A DNA stretch of 59,678 bases from an uncultured Spirochaetaceae bacterium (GTDB lineage: Bacteria; Myxococcota_A; UBA9160; UBA4427), in assembly GCA_964457385.1 (NCBI GenBank), contig CAYWGW010000003.1:1124-60801 (forward strand), written 5' to 3'. Positions 18,719 to 28,042 of this stretch are shown here, in pieces. Position 1 is the stretch's first letter. Every line of letters starts with the position of its first letter. Under the pieces are notes generated by a model. That model saw nothing but the letters and a program-made list of their open reading frames with translations. It was not told the origin of the DNA and did not search any database. The position numbers and the translations under genes are program-made.

Positions 18719-19408
18719 TCAGGGGAGCAGCGCCCGGACCATGAACTCGATCGCGTTCGCCCGCACGACCTCGGCGTCGTAGCTCTCCGGTGCACGGTCC
18801 CAATGGATGTGCACGGCCCAGGTCGCGCATGTCTCGATCACGATTCGAGCGGCCAGCCGGATGTCGGCCACCGGGCGGAGCTGACCGGCATTGATTCGGG
18901 CACTCAGGTACCGGATCAGCATGGAGCGTGCTCTTTCGCGTCCGGCGGATTGCCAGAGCGGCTCGATCTCGGGGTGGTCCATGCAGCGGTCGAGCAGCTT
19001 GATGCCGTGTCGGTTCGCGGCCACCAGGTCGAAGAACTCTCCGATCACGGAGGTGAGCTCCCCGGCTACGTCGTCCACGGTCGGCCTCTCGAGGGCAGAC
19101 TCCAGCGCCGGCCAGACGATGTTTTCCGCCAGCCGCGTCTTCACCGCGAGCCCGATCACGTCCGGCGCAGGCGCGGCCAGCGGCAGGTCTTCGGGAACCG
19201 GGATCGGACCGTCGTCGTCCGCACAGCGAAGGCACAGGAACAGCAGCGCATCCTTGCTCTCGACGTAGCCGTAGAGCGTCCCTTTGGCGACGCCGACGGC
19301 CTCGGCCACGTCGGACATCTGCGTCAATCGGTAGCCCCGGGCGATGAAGACCTCGGTGGCTCCGCGGACGAGCTCGTCGAATCGATTCTCGGGAATGCGT
19401 CTCGCCAT
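18719..19408 (-). CDS. TetR/AcrR family transcriptional regulator
   Basis: The HTH reads 'FDELVRGATEVFIARGYRLTQMSDVAEAVGVAKGTLYGYVESKDALL'. Confidence 0.88.
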   Translation of the reverse strand: MARRIPENRFDELVRGATEVFIARGYRLTQMSDVAEAVGVAKGTLYGYVESKDALLFLCLRCADDDGPIPVPEDLPLAAPAPDVIGLAVKTRLAENIVWPALESALERPTVDDVAGELTSVIGEFFDLVAANRHGIKLLDRCMDHPEIEPLWQSAGRERARSMLIRYLSARINAGQLRPVADIRLAARIVIETCATWAVHIHWDRAPESYDAEVVRANAIEFMVRALLP

Positions 19409-19809
19409 CAGGGATGCTCCTCGACCGGCCGAACGACCAGGTCGCTCGAGCGAGAGTGCGGGGCCGCAGCGAAGATCCGAACGACGATTCTAAGACCGAC
19501 CCTGAGCGGGCAGGCAATCGAAGCTCGCCCTGGCCTGGTACGCCGCCCGCTGCATCCCCGACGCGACCGCCGCGATCACAGGCCGGATCCGGCCCGCGGC
19601 GCTCGTTCCGGAACCCCGAGCAGGGGACAGGGCGGGAATCCACCTGGTCATGAAAGTCTCCTCTGCAATCCTCGCGATGATAAACGACCCGTCCGGTCAG
19701 TCAAAAGGATGACCTGGGAGGGTCCCGGACCCGGGGCTGTTCCAAGGCAAACGCGAAGCCGCCCCGAACTACCCGCGGGGCCCTCTTGAAGAAGAGGAGT
19801 CGTTCGTTT

Positions 19810-19835
19810 TATAATGACCGACTCAATCGGTCATT
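19810..19835 (+). promoter_or_regulatory. TATAAT box (19810-19815) overlapped by a 23-bp palindrome (19813-19835, one mismatch). Candidate TetR-type operator/promoter.
   Basis: In AATGACCGAcTcAATCGGTCATT, 10 of 11 arm positions pair. It lies 14 bp upstream of ATG 19849. The layout matches the 2401-2427 site. Confidence 0.45.
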
Positions 19836-19848
19836 TAAAATCTTGGTC

Positions 19849-19992
19849 ATGCAGAAACCGAAATGGATCGCCCGTCAGTCTTCTCATCCTCGCGGTCTGC
19901 TCGGGTACCTGGTCGCTTCCGTCATGGCCATCGACACGGCGGCGGTCAACCGCCGGGTCGTCGACGTGCTCGCGTCCGAGCCGGGCGACCGG
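19849..19992 (+). pseudogene. N-terminal remnant (~48 codons) of a class I SAM-dependent methyltransferase
   Basis: 'MQKPKWIARQSSHPRGLLGYLVASVMAIDTAAVNRRVVDVLASEPGDR' looks like the leader of UbiE/COQ5-type methyltransferases up to the point where motif I (VLDxGxGxG) should start. Instead the frame continues as 'TRRHPKPKHEEQSND' and runs out of frame across the next gene. Confidence 0.4.
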
Positions 19993-20032
19993 ACCCGTCG
20001 ACATCCGAAACCGAAACACGAGGAGCAATCGA

Positions 20033-21706
20033 ATGACAAACCCGATCAGGCGAACCGAAGCGGACTGGCTCCGCGTCTTTGCCGTCTATCTCTTGTTCGT
20101 CTTTCATGTCGCGAAGGTCTTCGATGTCGCGCCCTTCTACCACATCAAGAACGCGACACTCGTTCCCTCCCTCGACCTGTTCACCCATTTCATCCATCTC
20201 TGGCACATGCCCCTGCTCTTCGCGCTCGCTGGCTGGTCGCTCTGTGCGTCGCTTCGCGCGCGCGGTCCGGAGGGCATGGTCTCGGAGCGGCTGCGTCGAC
20301 TCCTCGTGCCCCTCGCGTTCGGGATCGTTGCGCTCTGCCCCATCCTCAAATACTACGAGCTCCGGTCGGGCATGAACCTGTCGGTCTCGGGTCTCGAAAC
20401 GGGTATCGATTTTCAGGAACCGTTTCTCGCCTACTGGCCCTCGTTCTTCTCCGGTCTCGATCGGTTCACCTGGGCGCATCTGTGGTTCATCGCGTATCTG
20501 CTGACCTTCACGCTGCTCTACCGAAAGCGATGCATCACACGGCTGAGGACACCGCCTTCCGACGCCTCGCCAGGCGCTGCGGACCTCTACCGACCGCTGA
20601 TCGCGCTCGTAGCGATCCAGACGACGCTGAGACTCGTCTGGCCGGGCTCGCTGAACCTCGTCTGGGATTGGGCGAACTTTGCCTACTACAGCTTGTATTT
20701 CCTGATGGGCTTCGAGGTGGGACGGAATCCCGCGTGGGAATCCGTGATCACGAAAGAATGGCGGCGTGCGGGCGGCATCGCATTCGCGAGTTGTGTCGCG
20801 ATGGCCACCTATCTGGTCGTCGTTCTCGGCGGAAGCGTTTCGCTCGATGCGGCCGAGATCCGCGCGCTCGACGTCCTGAAGTTCGTGCCATTGCTCGCGC
20901 TCTCTGCAGTCGCCGGCTACGGCGTGATCATCGCATTGGTCGGCGTCGCGCTGAAGACGCTGCGACGAGACTCTCGTATCCTGTCCTACCTCAGCGAGGC
21001 TTCCCTTCCCGTCTACATCCTGCATCAGGTCGGCATCGTGCTGCCGGGCTTCTACCTCTTGCGACTCGACCTCCCGGTCGCCGCCAAGTTCGCGCTTTTG
21101 CTCACGGCCTCGACGGTGCTGACGTGGGCGACCTATCATTGGGTCGTGCGGCCGATCGGCGTGTTCCGCTTTGCGTTCGGAATGCGGCTGAAGCCGGGCG
21201 GGCGTCGTCTCTCGGCCGGATCGGTCACGGCAGTCTGTCTCGTGCTGCTGGCCGTGACGCTGGCGGCCCCCAACGCGGCGAGCGCGCGAGAGACCTCGCC
21301 CGTCGGCTTGTGGTGGGCGGATCGAGGGTCGGCTCAAGTCGAAGTGCGGGAAGTCGACGGAGAGTTGACGGGCACGATCGTGTGGCTGCGGCTGCCGTAC
21401 GGCGTCGACGGCCGAACGTTGCGGGACGTCGAGCATCCAGATCCCGCCCGACGCGACACTCCGGTCGTCGGTCTCACGATGCTGAGCGGCTTCCGACGGG
21501 AGTCGACGGATTCCGACGTCTGGAGCGGGGGCAGCGTCTACGACCCGGGCAACGGAAGGACGTATCAGGGCACGATCACCATGGACGGTGAGGATCGGCT
21601 CCTGCTGCGGGGCTTCATCGGCATCTCCCTGCTCGGCCGGACGACCACCTGGGTCCGGGTAGGAAGCGAAGAAGTGCCCCCGCAAGACCCCTACGGCGGG
21701 GAGTAG
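20033..21706 (+). CDS. Acyltransferase family 3 (OpgC/OafA-like, ~10 TM) fused to a C-terminal DUF2147-like domain
   Basis: ATG 20033 is preceded by AGGAG (20021-20025). The N-terminus reads 'ADWLRVFAVYLLFVFHVAKVF...HLWHMPLLFALAGWS'. The C-terminus 'SPVGLWWADRGSAQVEVREVDGELTGTIVWL...VYDPGNGRTYQGTITMDGEDRLLLRGFIGISLLGRTTTW' matches the DUF2147 pattern as I remember it. Confidence 0.8.
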   Translation: MTNPIRRTEADWLRVFAVYLLFVFHVAKVFDVAPFYHIKNATLVPSLDLFTHFIHLWHMPLLFALAGWSLCASLRARGPEGMVSERLRRLLVPLAFGIVALCPILKYYELRSGMNLSVSGLETGIDFQEPFLAYWPSFFSGLDRFTWAHLWFIAYLLTFTLLYRKRCITRLRTPPSDASPGAADLYRPLIALVAIQTTLRLVWPGSLNLVWDWANFAYYSLYFLMGFEVGRNPAWESVITKEWRRAGGIAFASCVAMATYLVVVLGGSVSLDAAEIRALDVLKFVPLLALSAVAGYGVIIALVGVALKTLRRDSRILSYLSEASLPVYILHQVGIVLPGFYLLRLDLPVAAKFALLLTASTVLTWATYHWVVRPIGVFRFAFGMRLKPGGRRLSAGSVTAVCLVLLAVTLAAPNAASARETSPVGLWWADRGSAQVEVREVDGELTGTIVWLRLPYGVDGRTLRDVEHPDPARRDTPVVGLTMLSGFRRESTDSDVWSGGSVYDPGNGRTYQGTITMDGEDRLLLRGFIGISLLGRTTTWVRVGSEEVPPQDPYGGE

Positions 21707-21967
21707 CGGGGCCTTCGTGGCGGTGGCGCCACCGGGGTGACTCACGGCCCCCTGCACGAACCAGTCTTCGCGAGTTCCCGGACGAGGCAGCGACCGGCGG
21801 CGGAGCCGGCCGAGGCGAGGTCGGCTCCCTCAGCCCGGGTGACCGTGCCGGTCGTTCTCGACCGGGCGGTCGTTCCATAAGCTCCTGGAATCGCATGAAC
21901 TTCGGGACTGGGATCGGGATCGGATCGGTCGGCGGCGTGGCGGGTGGCCGTCCGAAGGCCGTCCGAG

Positions 21968-22059
<92 letters not shown>

Positions 22060-22274
22060 GCGGGCGGGGAGGCTAGCGGAAGTTCCGGGAACGGGCAGGG
22101 GGCCGCGGAGTCTCGCCGCCCCAGCGCCCTCATGCTAGCCTGCCGCCTTTCCGGGAGTTCCAAGCGCGAGTCGCTGCTTCATCCGGCACGCTCCGGCGGG
22201 GGCGCTACCTAGACCCCGAGCGCGCTCCGCTCGACTGAACGACGAGACAACGAAAGAAAGAGGATCGATTCGAT

Positions 22275-22517
22275 TTGGCCAGAGACGACCTGATTCAGGC
22301 GACCGGAAGCGTCGACAAGATCCTCGGCGGCGGTCGCTACCAGATCACCCTCGAGAACGGGCAACAGGTGACGGCCCAGCTCTCGGGTCGGATGCGGCGA
22401 TTCCGCATCCGCGTGATCCCCGGTGATCGGGTCACCGTCGGCTTGTCTCCCTACGATCCCTCCCACGGCTTCATCACGTTCCGTCTGAAGGAAGGGCCGA
22501 CGGGACCGGGCCGCTAG
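22275..22517 (+). CDS. infA: Translation initiation factor IF-1
   Basis: The S1-like fold reads 'GSVDKILGGGRYQITLENGQQVTAQLSGRMRRFRIRVIPGDRVTVGLSPYDPSHGFITFR'. TTG start. Confidence 0.9.
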   Translation: MARDDLIQATGSVDKILGGGRYQITLENGQQVTAQLSGRMRRFRIRVIPGDRVTVGLSPYDPSHGFITFRLKEGPTGPGR

Positions 22518-22555
22518 GCAGCGCCCCGTCGAAGCCCCTGCCCCTGCATTCGACC

Positions 22556-23212
22556 ATGGCGTCCCGCGCGACCCGCTGGCGGCTCGAGGCCATCCAGGCC
22601 TTCGATCGTCTGAAGCTGCGGCGCCTGGTGGATCGCCATGCGGGGGTGGTCCTGCACCCGGAGAGCAGCAGCAACCTCGCCTCGGCGCGCTTCGAGCTGG
22701 GGCCGGGGGCGCGGCTGGAGATCGGCGCCCGTGTCTACACGGAGCGGCGTTCACGCGGGGTCCACTTCGCGATCGCCGAGGGAGCCCGGGTCGAGATCGG
22801 GGAAGATACCTGGCTTCGCTCCGACATCGCCCCGGTCCTGATCTTCGCGTTTCCCGGCGCCCACATCCGGATCGGGCGGGAGGGCTTCCTGAACGGTTGT
22901 CATCTGAGCGCGAAGGACTCCGTCGAGATCGGCGACCGCGTCTGGATCGGGATGGGATCCCGCATCCTCGACGCGGATCAGCACGATCTCGACGCCGATC
23001 ACCCGGAGCAGGTCGCGCCCGTCCGGATCGGGAATCACTGCTGGATCGCCGCCGACGTGACGGTCCTTCGCGGCGTCGAGATCGGTGAGCAGTCGGTGGT
23101 CGGGACCCGGTCCACGGTGACCCGATCCCTGCCGGCCCATGCCCTCGCCTTCGGAAGCCCGGCCGTCGTGTCGACGAGAGCGATTGGAGACCGCACGCGA
23201 CTGTCGATCTGA
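22556..23212 (+). CDS. Left-handed beta-helix (hexapeptide-repeat) acyl/acetyltransferase
   Basis: Hexapeptide repeats are present ('IGDRVWIGMGSRILD...VRIGNHCWIAADVTVLRGVEIGEQSVVGTRSTV'). Confidence 0.8.
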   Translation: MASRATRWRLEAIQAFDRLKLRRLVDRHAGVVLHPESSSNLASARFELGPGARLEIGARVYTERRSRGVHFAIAEGARVEIGEDTWLRSDIAPVLIFAFPGAHIRIGREGFLNGCHLSAKDSVEIGDRVWIGMGSRILDADQHDLDADHPEQVAPVRIGNHCWIAADVTVLRGVEIGEQSVVGTRSTVTRSLPAHALAFGSPAVVSTRAIGDRTRLSI

Positions 23213-23700
23213 TCCGGATCTGGTCGCGATCGGGCCCGACCCCGTCTGGGAGACCACCCCATCCGAGTCGCGACGAGGTCCACTCCGACGATCGACCCAC
23301 TCCCCGCCGGGAAGCCAAATCGCTCCGGACTCCGATGCCCGGCCTCCGATCGCGGACTGCTCAAAGGTGTCTCCGGGGCTCGATTTTTCCTCGCGATCCC
23401 GCTATCTTGCGCGCCCGAATCGGGTCTCGCCCCCCTCAATCCACGGCATGCGACGCAGCTTCCCGCCGACCTGACGGCAGGTGACCGATGCACCTGCTGA
23501 AGTCCGGAGGGCGGGGGAGCTGAACTCGAGGCCGCTGGTGGGCATCAGGGGTCGGACGCGATTGCCGGAGGCGACGAACGAGAGTCGGTGCCTTACGAGC
23601 CGCAGGGCTCGCCCGGACCACCCAGGGAGGGAAGCGAGGCGACGGGGGAGATGGCTCTCCTCTCGTGCCGTGGCTACCCGGATCGAGCCTTCGAGGCTCA

Positions 23701-25818
23701 ATGAGGAATCAAGCGATGCTCGGTGCGATCGAGAAGGTCCGCAACATCGGAATCAGTGCGCATATCGATTCGGGCAAGACGACCCTGACCGAGCGCATCC
23801 TCTTCTACACCGGAAGAATCCACGCGATCCACGAAGTCCGCGGCAAGGACGAGGTGGGCGCGACGATGGACTCGATGGAGCTCGAGCGCGAGCGGGGCAT
23901 CACCATCGCGTCGGCCGCGACCTACTGCGACTGGAAGGGCCAGCAGATCAACATCATCGATACGCCCGGCCACGTCGACTTCACGGTCGAGGTGGAGCGA
24001 TCGCTGCGGGTGCTCGACGGCGCCATCCTGGTGCTCTGCGGCGTGGCGGGCGTGCAATCCCAGTCGATGACCGTCGATCGGCAGATGAAGCGCTACAACG
24101 TGCCGCGCATCGCCTTCATCAACAAGCTCGATCGCTCCGGCGCCGATCCCTTCAAGGTGACGAAGCAGCTGCGCGAGAAGCTCGGTCACAACGCCATCAT
24201 GACCCAGATTCCGATCGGGCTGGAGAATGATCTCCGGGGCATCGTGGATCTCGTCACGATGAAGGCCTTCTACTTCGACGGCGACAACGGCGAGACCGTG
24301 CGCGAGGAGGAGATCCCCGGCGAGCTGCAGGCGCAGGCCGAGGAGTATCGGGAGATCATGCTCGACGCGGTTTCGATGTTCTCGGACGAGCTGATGGAGG
24401 CGATGCTCGAGGAGGCCGTCGAGCCGGCGATGATTCAGAAAGCGATCCGGTCGGGCACGATCGCGATGCACCTGACGCCCGTTTTTCTCGGGTCTGCCTA
24501 CAAGAACAAGGGCGTGCAGCTGCTGCTCGACGCGGTGGCCGGCTACCTGCCGGATCCGACCGAGGTGCGCAACACGGCGGTCGATCTCGACAACGAAGAG
24601 GCGGAGGTCGAGGTCGTCACCGATCCCTCGAAGCCTCTCGTTCTGCTCGCCTTCAAGCTGGAGGACGGCCGCTACGGGCAGCTGACCTACGTACGCGTCT
24701 ACCAGGGAACGCTTCGCAAGGGCGACACGATCTACAACATGCGAACCCGCAAGAAGGTCAAGGTAGGACGTCTCATCCGGATGCATTCGAACGAGATGCA
24801 GGACATCGAGGATACGGCGGCCGGCGACATCGTCGCGCTCTTCGGAGTCGACTGCGCCTCGGGCGATACCTTCACCGACGGCAAGGTGAACATCGCCATG
24901 TCATCGATGCACGTTCCGGAGCCGGTGATCTCGCTGTCGATCAAGCCGAAGGACCAGAAGGCTTCGGACAACATGGGCAAGGCGCTCGGTCGCTTCGTTC
25001 GCGAGGATCCGACCTTCCGCTCGGAGGTCGATCCGGAGAGCAACGAGACCGTCATCTCGGGCATGGGCGAGCTCCATCTCGAGGTGTATGTCGAGCGGAT
25101 GAAGCGGGAGTACAACTGCGAGGTCGAGACCGGCCAGCCGCAGGTCGCCTATCGAGAGACCATCACTCAGCCCGTCGAGTTCAGCTACACCCACAAGAAG
25201 CAGTCGGGTGGCTCGGGACAGTACGGCAAGGTGGCGGGGATCCTTTCGCCGATTCCGGCAGACGACGAGGGCGACAAGGACTTCCAGTTCGTCAACAGCG
25301 TCCGGGGGGGATCGATCCCGACGGAGTACATCCCGGCGGTGGAGAAGGGCTTCCGATCCTCGACCCAGAAGGGACGTCTGATCGGCTTCCCGGTCATCGG
25401 CGTCCGCGTCGAGATCAACGACGGTCAGTCCCATAGCGTGGACTCGTCGGAGATGGCATTCCAGGCAGCGGCCCGCGGTGCCTTCCGGGAGTTCTATCCC
25501 CGGGCGAAGCCGCAGATTCTCGAGCCGATCATGAAGCTGTCGGTCGAGGGTCCCTCGGAGTTCCAGGGCGCGATCCTGAAGACGATCATGCAGCGGCGCG
25601 GGCAGGTCGTCGGCTCGACGGAGGAGGACGGCTTCTCGGTGGTCGATGCCGAGGTGCCGCTCTCCGAGATGTTCGGCTACGCGACGGATCTCCGCTCGAT
25701 GACCCAGGGCAAGGCCGAGTTCACGATGGAGTTCGAGAAGTACGCACCGGTGCCGGCAGAGGCCCAGGCTGAGCTCAAGAAGAAATACAGCTCGAAGATC
25801 CCCGACGACGAAGAATGA
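23701..25818 (+). CDS. fusA: Elongation factor G (stand-alone copy, mt/spd EF-G1-like)
   Basis: G1 reads '[21 protein letters not shown]', G3 '[22 protein letters not shown]' and G4 'FINKLDR'; domains II-V are complete. I start at ATG 23701 ([17 protein letters not shown]). Confidence 0.95.
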   Translation: MRNQAMLGAIEKVRNIGISAHIDSGKTTLTERILFYTGRIHAIHEVRGKDEVGATMDSMELERERGITIASAATYCDWKGQQINIIDTPGHVDFTVEVERSLRVLDGAILVLCGVAGVQSQSMTVDRQMKRYNVPRIAFINKLDRSGADPFKVTKQLREKLGHNAIMTQIPIGLENDLRGIVDLVTMKAFYFDGDNGETVREEEIPGELQAQAEEYREIMLDAVSMFSDELMEAMLEEAVEPAMIQKAIRSGTIAMHLTPVFLGSAYKNKGVQLLLDAVAGYLPDPTEVRNTAVDLDNEEAEVEVVTDPSKPLVLLAFKLEDGRYGQLTYVRVYQGTLRKGDTIYNMRTRKKVKVGRLIRMHSNEMQDIEDTAAGDIVALFGVDCASGDTFTDGKVNIAMSSMHVPEPVISLSIKPKDQKASDNMGKALGRFVREDPTFRSEVDPESNETVISGMGELHLEVYVERMKREYNCEVETGQPQVAYRETITQPVEFSYTHKKQSGGSGQYGKVAGILSPIPADDEGDKDFQFVNSVRGGSIPTEYIPAVEKGFRSSTQKGRLIGFPVIGVRVEINDGQSHSVDSSEMAFQAAARGAFREFYPRAKPQILEPIMKLSVEGPSEFQGAILKTIMQRRGQVVGSTEEDGFSVVDAEVPLSEMFGYATDLRSMTQGKAEFTMEFEKYAPVPAEAQAELKKKYSSKIPDDEE

Positions 25819-25837
25819 GATCGGGGGGCGGATGCCG

Positions 25838-25880
25838 GAGAGCCCCCGAGACGCTGGACGTCTCGGGGGCTCTCTTTTTG
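25838..25880 (+). terminator. Rho-independent terminator after fusA
   Basis: A perfect 16-bp stem pairs gagagcccccgagacg (25838-25853) with cgtctcgggggctctc (25859-25874). The loop is 5 nt and is followed by TTTTT. Confidence 0.85.
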
Positions 25881-25938
25881 GTTCGCCTCGTCGTTCGCCT
25901 CGTCGCGCCGGGCGGGACGCTCGCTCGCGTCGGCCGCT

Positions 25939-26325
25939 TCAGCCCAGAAGCCTCTTGAGAATGGCCCATCGCGCCGGATTCGTATAGCTCAGTCCCTCGG
26001 AGGCGGATTCACCCTCGGTGCTTGCCGAGGGCTTCAGCAACCTCTTGGCGAATCCCTTCGGCCGGGTCCGGACGAGTTCGCCGGGGCCGGGCGGTACCGA
26101 ACCGGAAGAGCCGCGGGGGCTCCGAGAGGCGCGGGTCTTCGCCGCTCGCTTCTTGGTGGCCGCCTTCTTCTTCGCGGCCTTCTTTTTTGCGGCCTTCTTT
26201 CTTGCGGTCTTCTTGGCCGCGCGCTTCGTACTCTTCCGAGCAGCCTTCTTGGTGCTCTTGCCGGCGCGCTTTCCAGCACTCTTGCGGGCCGCGGGCTTTC
26301 GCGCGGTCTTCTTGCGTGCAGACAT
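25939..26325 (-). CDS. Histone H1-like Lys/Ala-rich basic protein
   Basis: 'MSARKKTARKPAARKSAGKRAGKSTKKAARKSTKRAAKKTARKKAAKKKAAKKKAATKKRAAK...' is followed by a ~55-aa non-repetitive tail. I start at the second Met. Confidence 0.7.
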   Translation of the reverse strand: MSARKKTARKPAARKSAGKRAGKSTKKAARKSTKRAAKKTARKKAAKKKAAKKKAATKKRAAKTRASRSPRGSSGSVPPGPGELVRTRPKGFAKRLLKPSASTEGESASEGLSYTNPARWAILKRLLG

Positions 26326-26384
26326 GATGCGATCAACCTCCCCGTCCATGGAACGGCTGGATCGAAAGGCTGGAGCGTAGCCGA

Positions 26385-26915
26385 TCAGCGCTCACCGGAA
26401 AGTGCCCGCAGCGTACCGAGATGGCGTCTGAACTCCGCGCGAATCGCGACGACGTCCTCGCGCTCGACCCGGATCGACGCCGCGACCTCGAAGATGGTGT
26501 TGTCCTCGCGCGTCGAGATCGTCTGGTCGGCGGCCGCGACGGCATAAAGGCAGCGGACGAGCCGGAGCCGATCCGCCCGATCGCTCATCTCCCGGAAGGC
26601 TCGGGCCACCAGATGATCGTCGCTGGCGCTGTAGGTCTGGGCGGCCTGGGCGGCGGTTTCGCTCAGGAGCGAGGCACGTTCGGGGTCGAAGCCCGCGAAG
26701 GTCGCGAGATGTCTGGCCATCTCCTGACGCTCGTCGTCATCGGTCCGCAGATCGCTTCCGGCGATGCGCGCGAGCAGGTATGCGAAGGCTGCCGCGAACC
26801 GCGCCTCGTCGTCAGGGAGGCCCTCGAGTCGGGCCGCGATGGCCTTCAGGCTCTCGGGCACCGATTCCTTCGCGGTGCTGCGATTGTCGAGGCCCAGGAA
26901 CCCGAGCAGGGACAT
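26385..26915 (-). CDS. TerB-like (tellurite-resistance TerB family) protein
   Basis: 'FAAAFAYLLARIAGSDLRTDDDERQEMARHL...LVRCLYAVAAADQTISTREDNTIFEVAASIRV' shows the paired-helix pattern with acidic residues seen in TerB-type domains. Assigned from memory only. Confidence 0.55.
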   Translation of the reverse strand: MSLLGFLGLDNRSTAKESVPESLKAIAARLEGLPDDEARFAAAFAYLLARIAGSDLRTDDDERQEMARHLATFAGFDPERASLLSETAAQAAQTYSASDDHLVARAFREMSDRADRLRLVRCLYAVAAADQTISTREDNTIFEVAASIRVEREDVVAIRAEFRRHLGTLRALSGER

Positions 26916-27028
26916 CGTGTCGATCCTCCAGATCAGGGTGTGCTCGTGCTCGCGGCTCGTGCTCGCCCAGTGCGTCGACAACCTCTAGTTTCCCGGCCAC
27001 CGTTTCGCAAGTCGAGAGGCAACGAGAG

Positions 27029-27478
27029 ATGAGCGGAGACCCATCGATGACACTTCCGACGAGGTCTGGGGAGATCCTGTTGCTCCACAACCCACGCTGC
27101 TCCAAGAGTCGGGAGGCGAAGGCGTTGTTGGACGAATGGCTGGAGGAACGGCTCGAGGAGCGATCGAAGCCGTCGTTGGAGGACCGGCGGCTCGTCCTGT
27201 CGACGCGGCTCTATCTCGAGCAGCCGCTCTCCGCGGACGAGCTGCGCGAGCTGCAATCTCGTCTCGGGCGATCGATCCGGGAGTGGACGCGGACCGGGGA
27301 AGACGCCTTCGCTGCTGCCGGCCTCTCCCGTACCTCGAGTGAAGAATCCATCCGGGCTGCCATGGTGCACGCTCCGATCCTGATGGAGCGGCCGATCGTG
27401 GTCGATGCGCGCCGTGCGGTGATCGGCCGTCCTCCGACGGACGTGCTGGGGTTCATCGGGGCTGAGCCCGGTCGATGA
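27029..27478 (+). CDS. ArsC/Spx-family reductase-like protein
   Basis: 'ILLLHNPRCSKSREAKALLDE' carries the N-terminal catalytic-Cys motif. The C-terminal part reads '...REWTRTGEDAF...MVHAPILMERPIVVDARRAVIGRPPTDVL'. Confidence 0.8.
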   Translation: MSGDPSMTLPTRSGEILLLHNPRCSKSREAKALLDEWLEERLEERSKPSLEDRRLVLSTRLYLEQPLSADELRELQSRLGRSIREWTRTGEDAFAAAGLSRTSSEESIRAAMVHAPILMERPIVVDARRAVIGRPPTDVLGFIGAEPGR

Positions 27479-27636
27479 GCAGGAGACGGAGCGTGGGGGT
27501 GGGTATAGTGTGCGCGCCCGGAGAGGCGATGCCAGACCAGCAGGGCTCGGGGGCTCCGGATGGAGGAGATGAGAGGGTGCAACGGAACGAGGTCCTGCCG
27601 AGGGTATCGGGGACGCGGCGCAGGTCGCGCGGAACA

Positions 27637-27978
27637 ATGGCGCTCGCGCGCGGATGGCTGGGCGTCCTGCTTGGATTGGGCGTGCTGTTGCTGTCGGATC
27701 CCGCCCTGGCCCAATCGCAGTACACGTCGGCGCGCAAGGTGGGTCGCGGGTTCTCCAACCTGACCCTCGGCGTGCTCGCAATTCCGGGTCAGATGGTGCA
27801 TGAGATCGATCGGCGGGGCGCGGCGGTCGGGGTGCCGCTCGGCTTCGGTAAGGGGCTGGCCTGGTTCGTGGCGACGGAGCTCGTGGGCGTCTGGGAGATC
27901 CTCACGAGTCCCTTCGAGTTTCCGGCGGGCTTTCGGCCGATCCTCGAGCCGGAGTTCCCCTGGCAGTACTTCGAATAG
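27637..27978 (+). CDS. Exosortase-system-associated small secreted protein (TIGR04073-like)
   Basis: The signal peptide is 'MALARGWLGVLLGLGVLLLSDPALAQ'. It is followed by 'KVGRGFSNLTLGVLAIPGQMV...GFGKGLAWFVATELVGVWEILTSPFEFP...PEFPW', which matches my memory of that family. Confidence 0.6.
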   Translation: MALARGWLGVLLGLGVLLLSDPALAQSQYTSARKVGRGFSNLTLGVLAIPGQMVHEIDRRGAAVGVPLGFGKGLAWFVATELVGVWEILTSPFEFPAGFRPILEPEFPWQYFE

Positions 27979-28042
27979 TTCGAGCCGAGTCCCCGCGTTC
28001 CTCGAGTGGAACGCAGGGAGGCGAAGAGGAAGTGAGGGGTCC

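Noticed and set aside
19786-21591. 601-aa ORF overlapping the acyltransferase gene in another frame.
   Set aside because: Only its first ~70 codons (the methyltransferase remnant) look protein-like. The rest is Arg-rich shadow of the well-supported acyltransferase frame (20033..21706).
23480-23700. GC-rich structured-looking segment in the fusA leader ('gaagtccggagggcggggg…') that superficially recalls RNase P RNA or riboswitch cores.
   Set aside because: It lacks the RNase P 'GAGGAAAGTCCGGGC' core and the cobalamin B12-box. I could identify no tmRNA or 6S features. It needs an Infernal scan before any claim.
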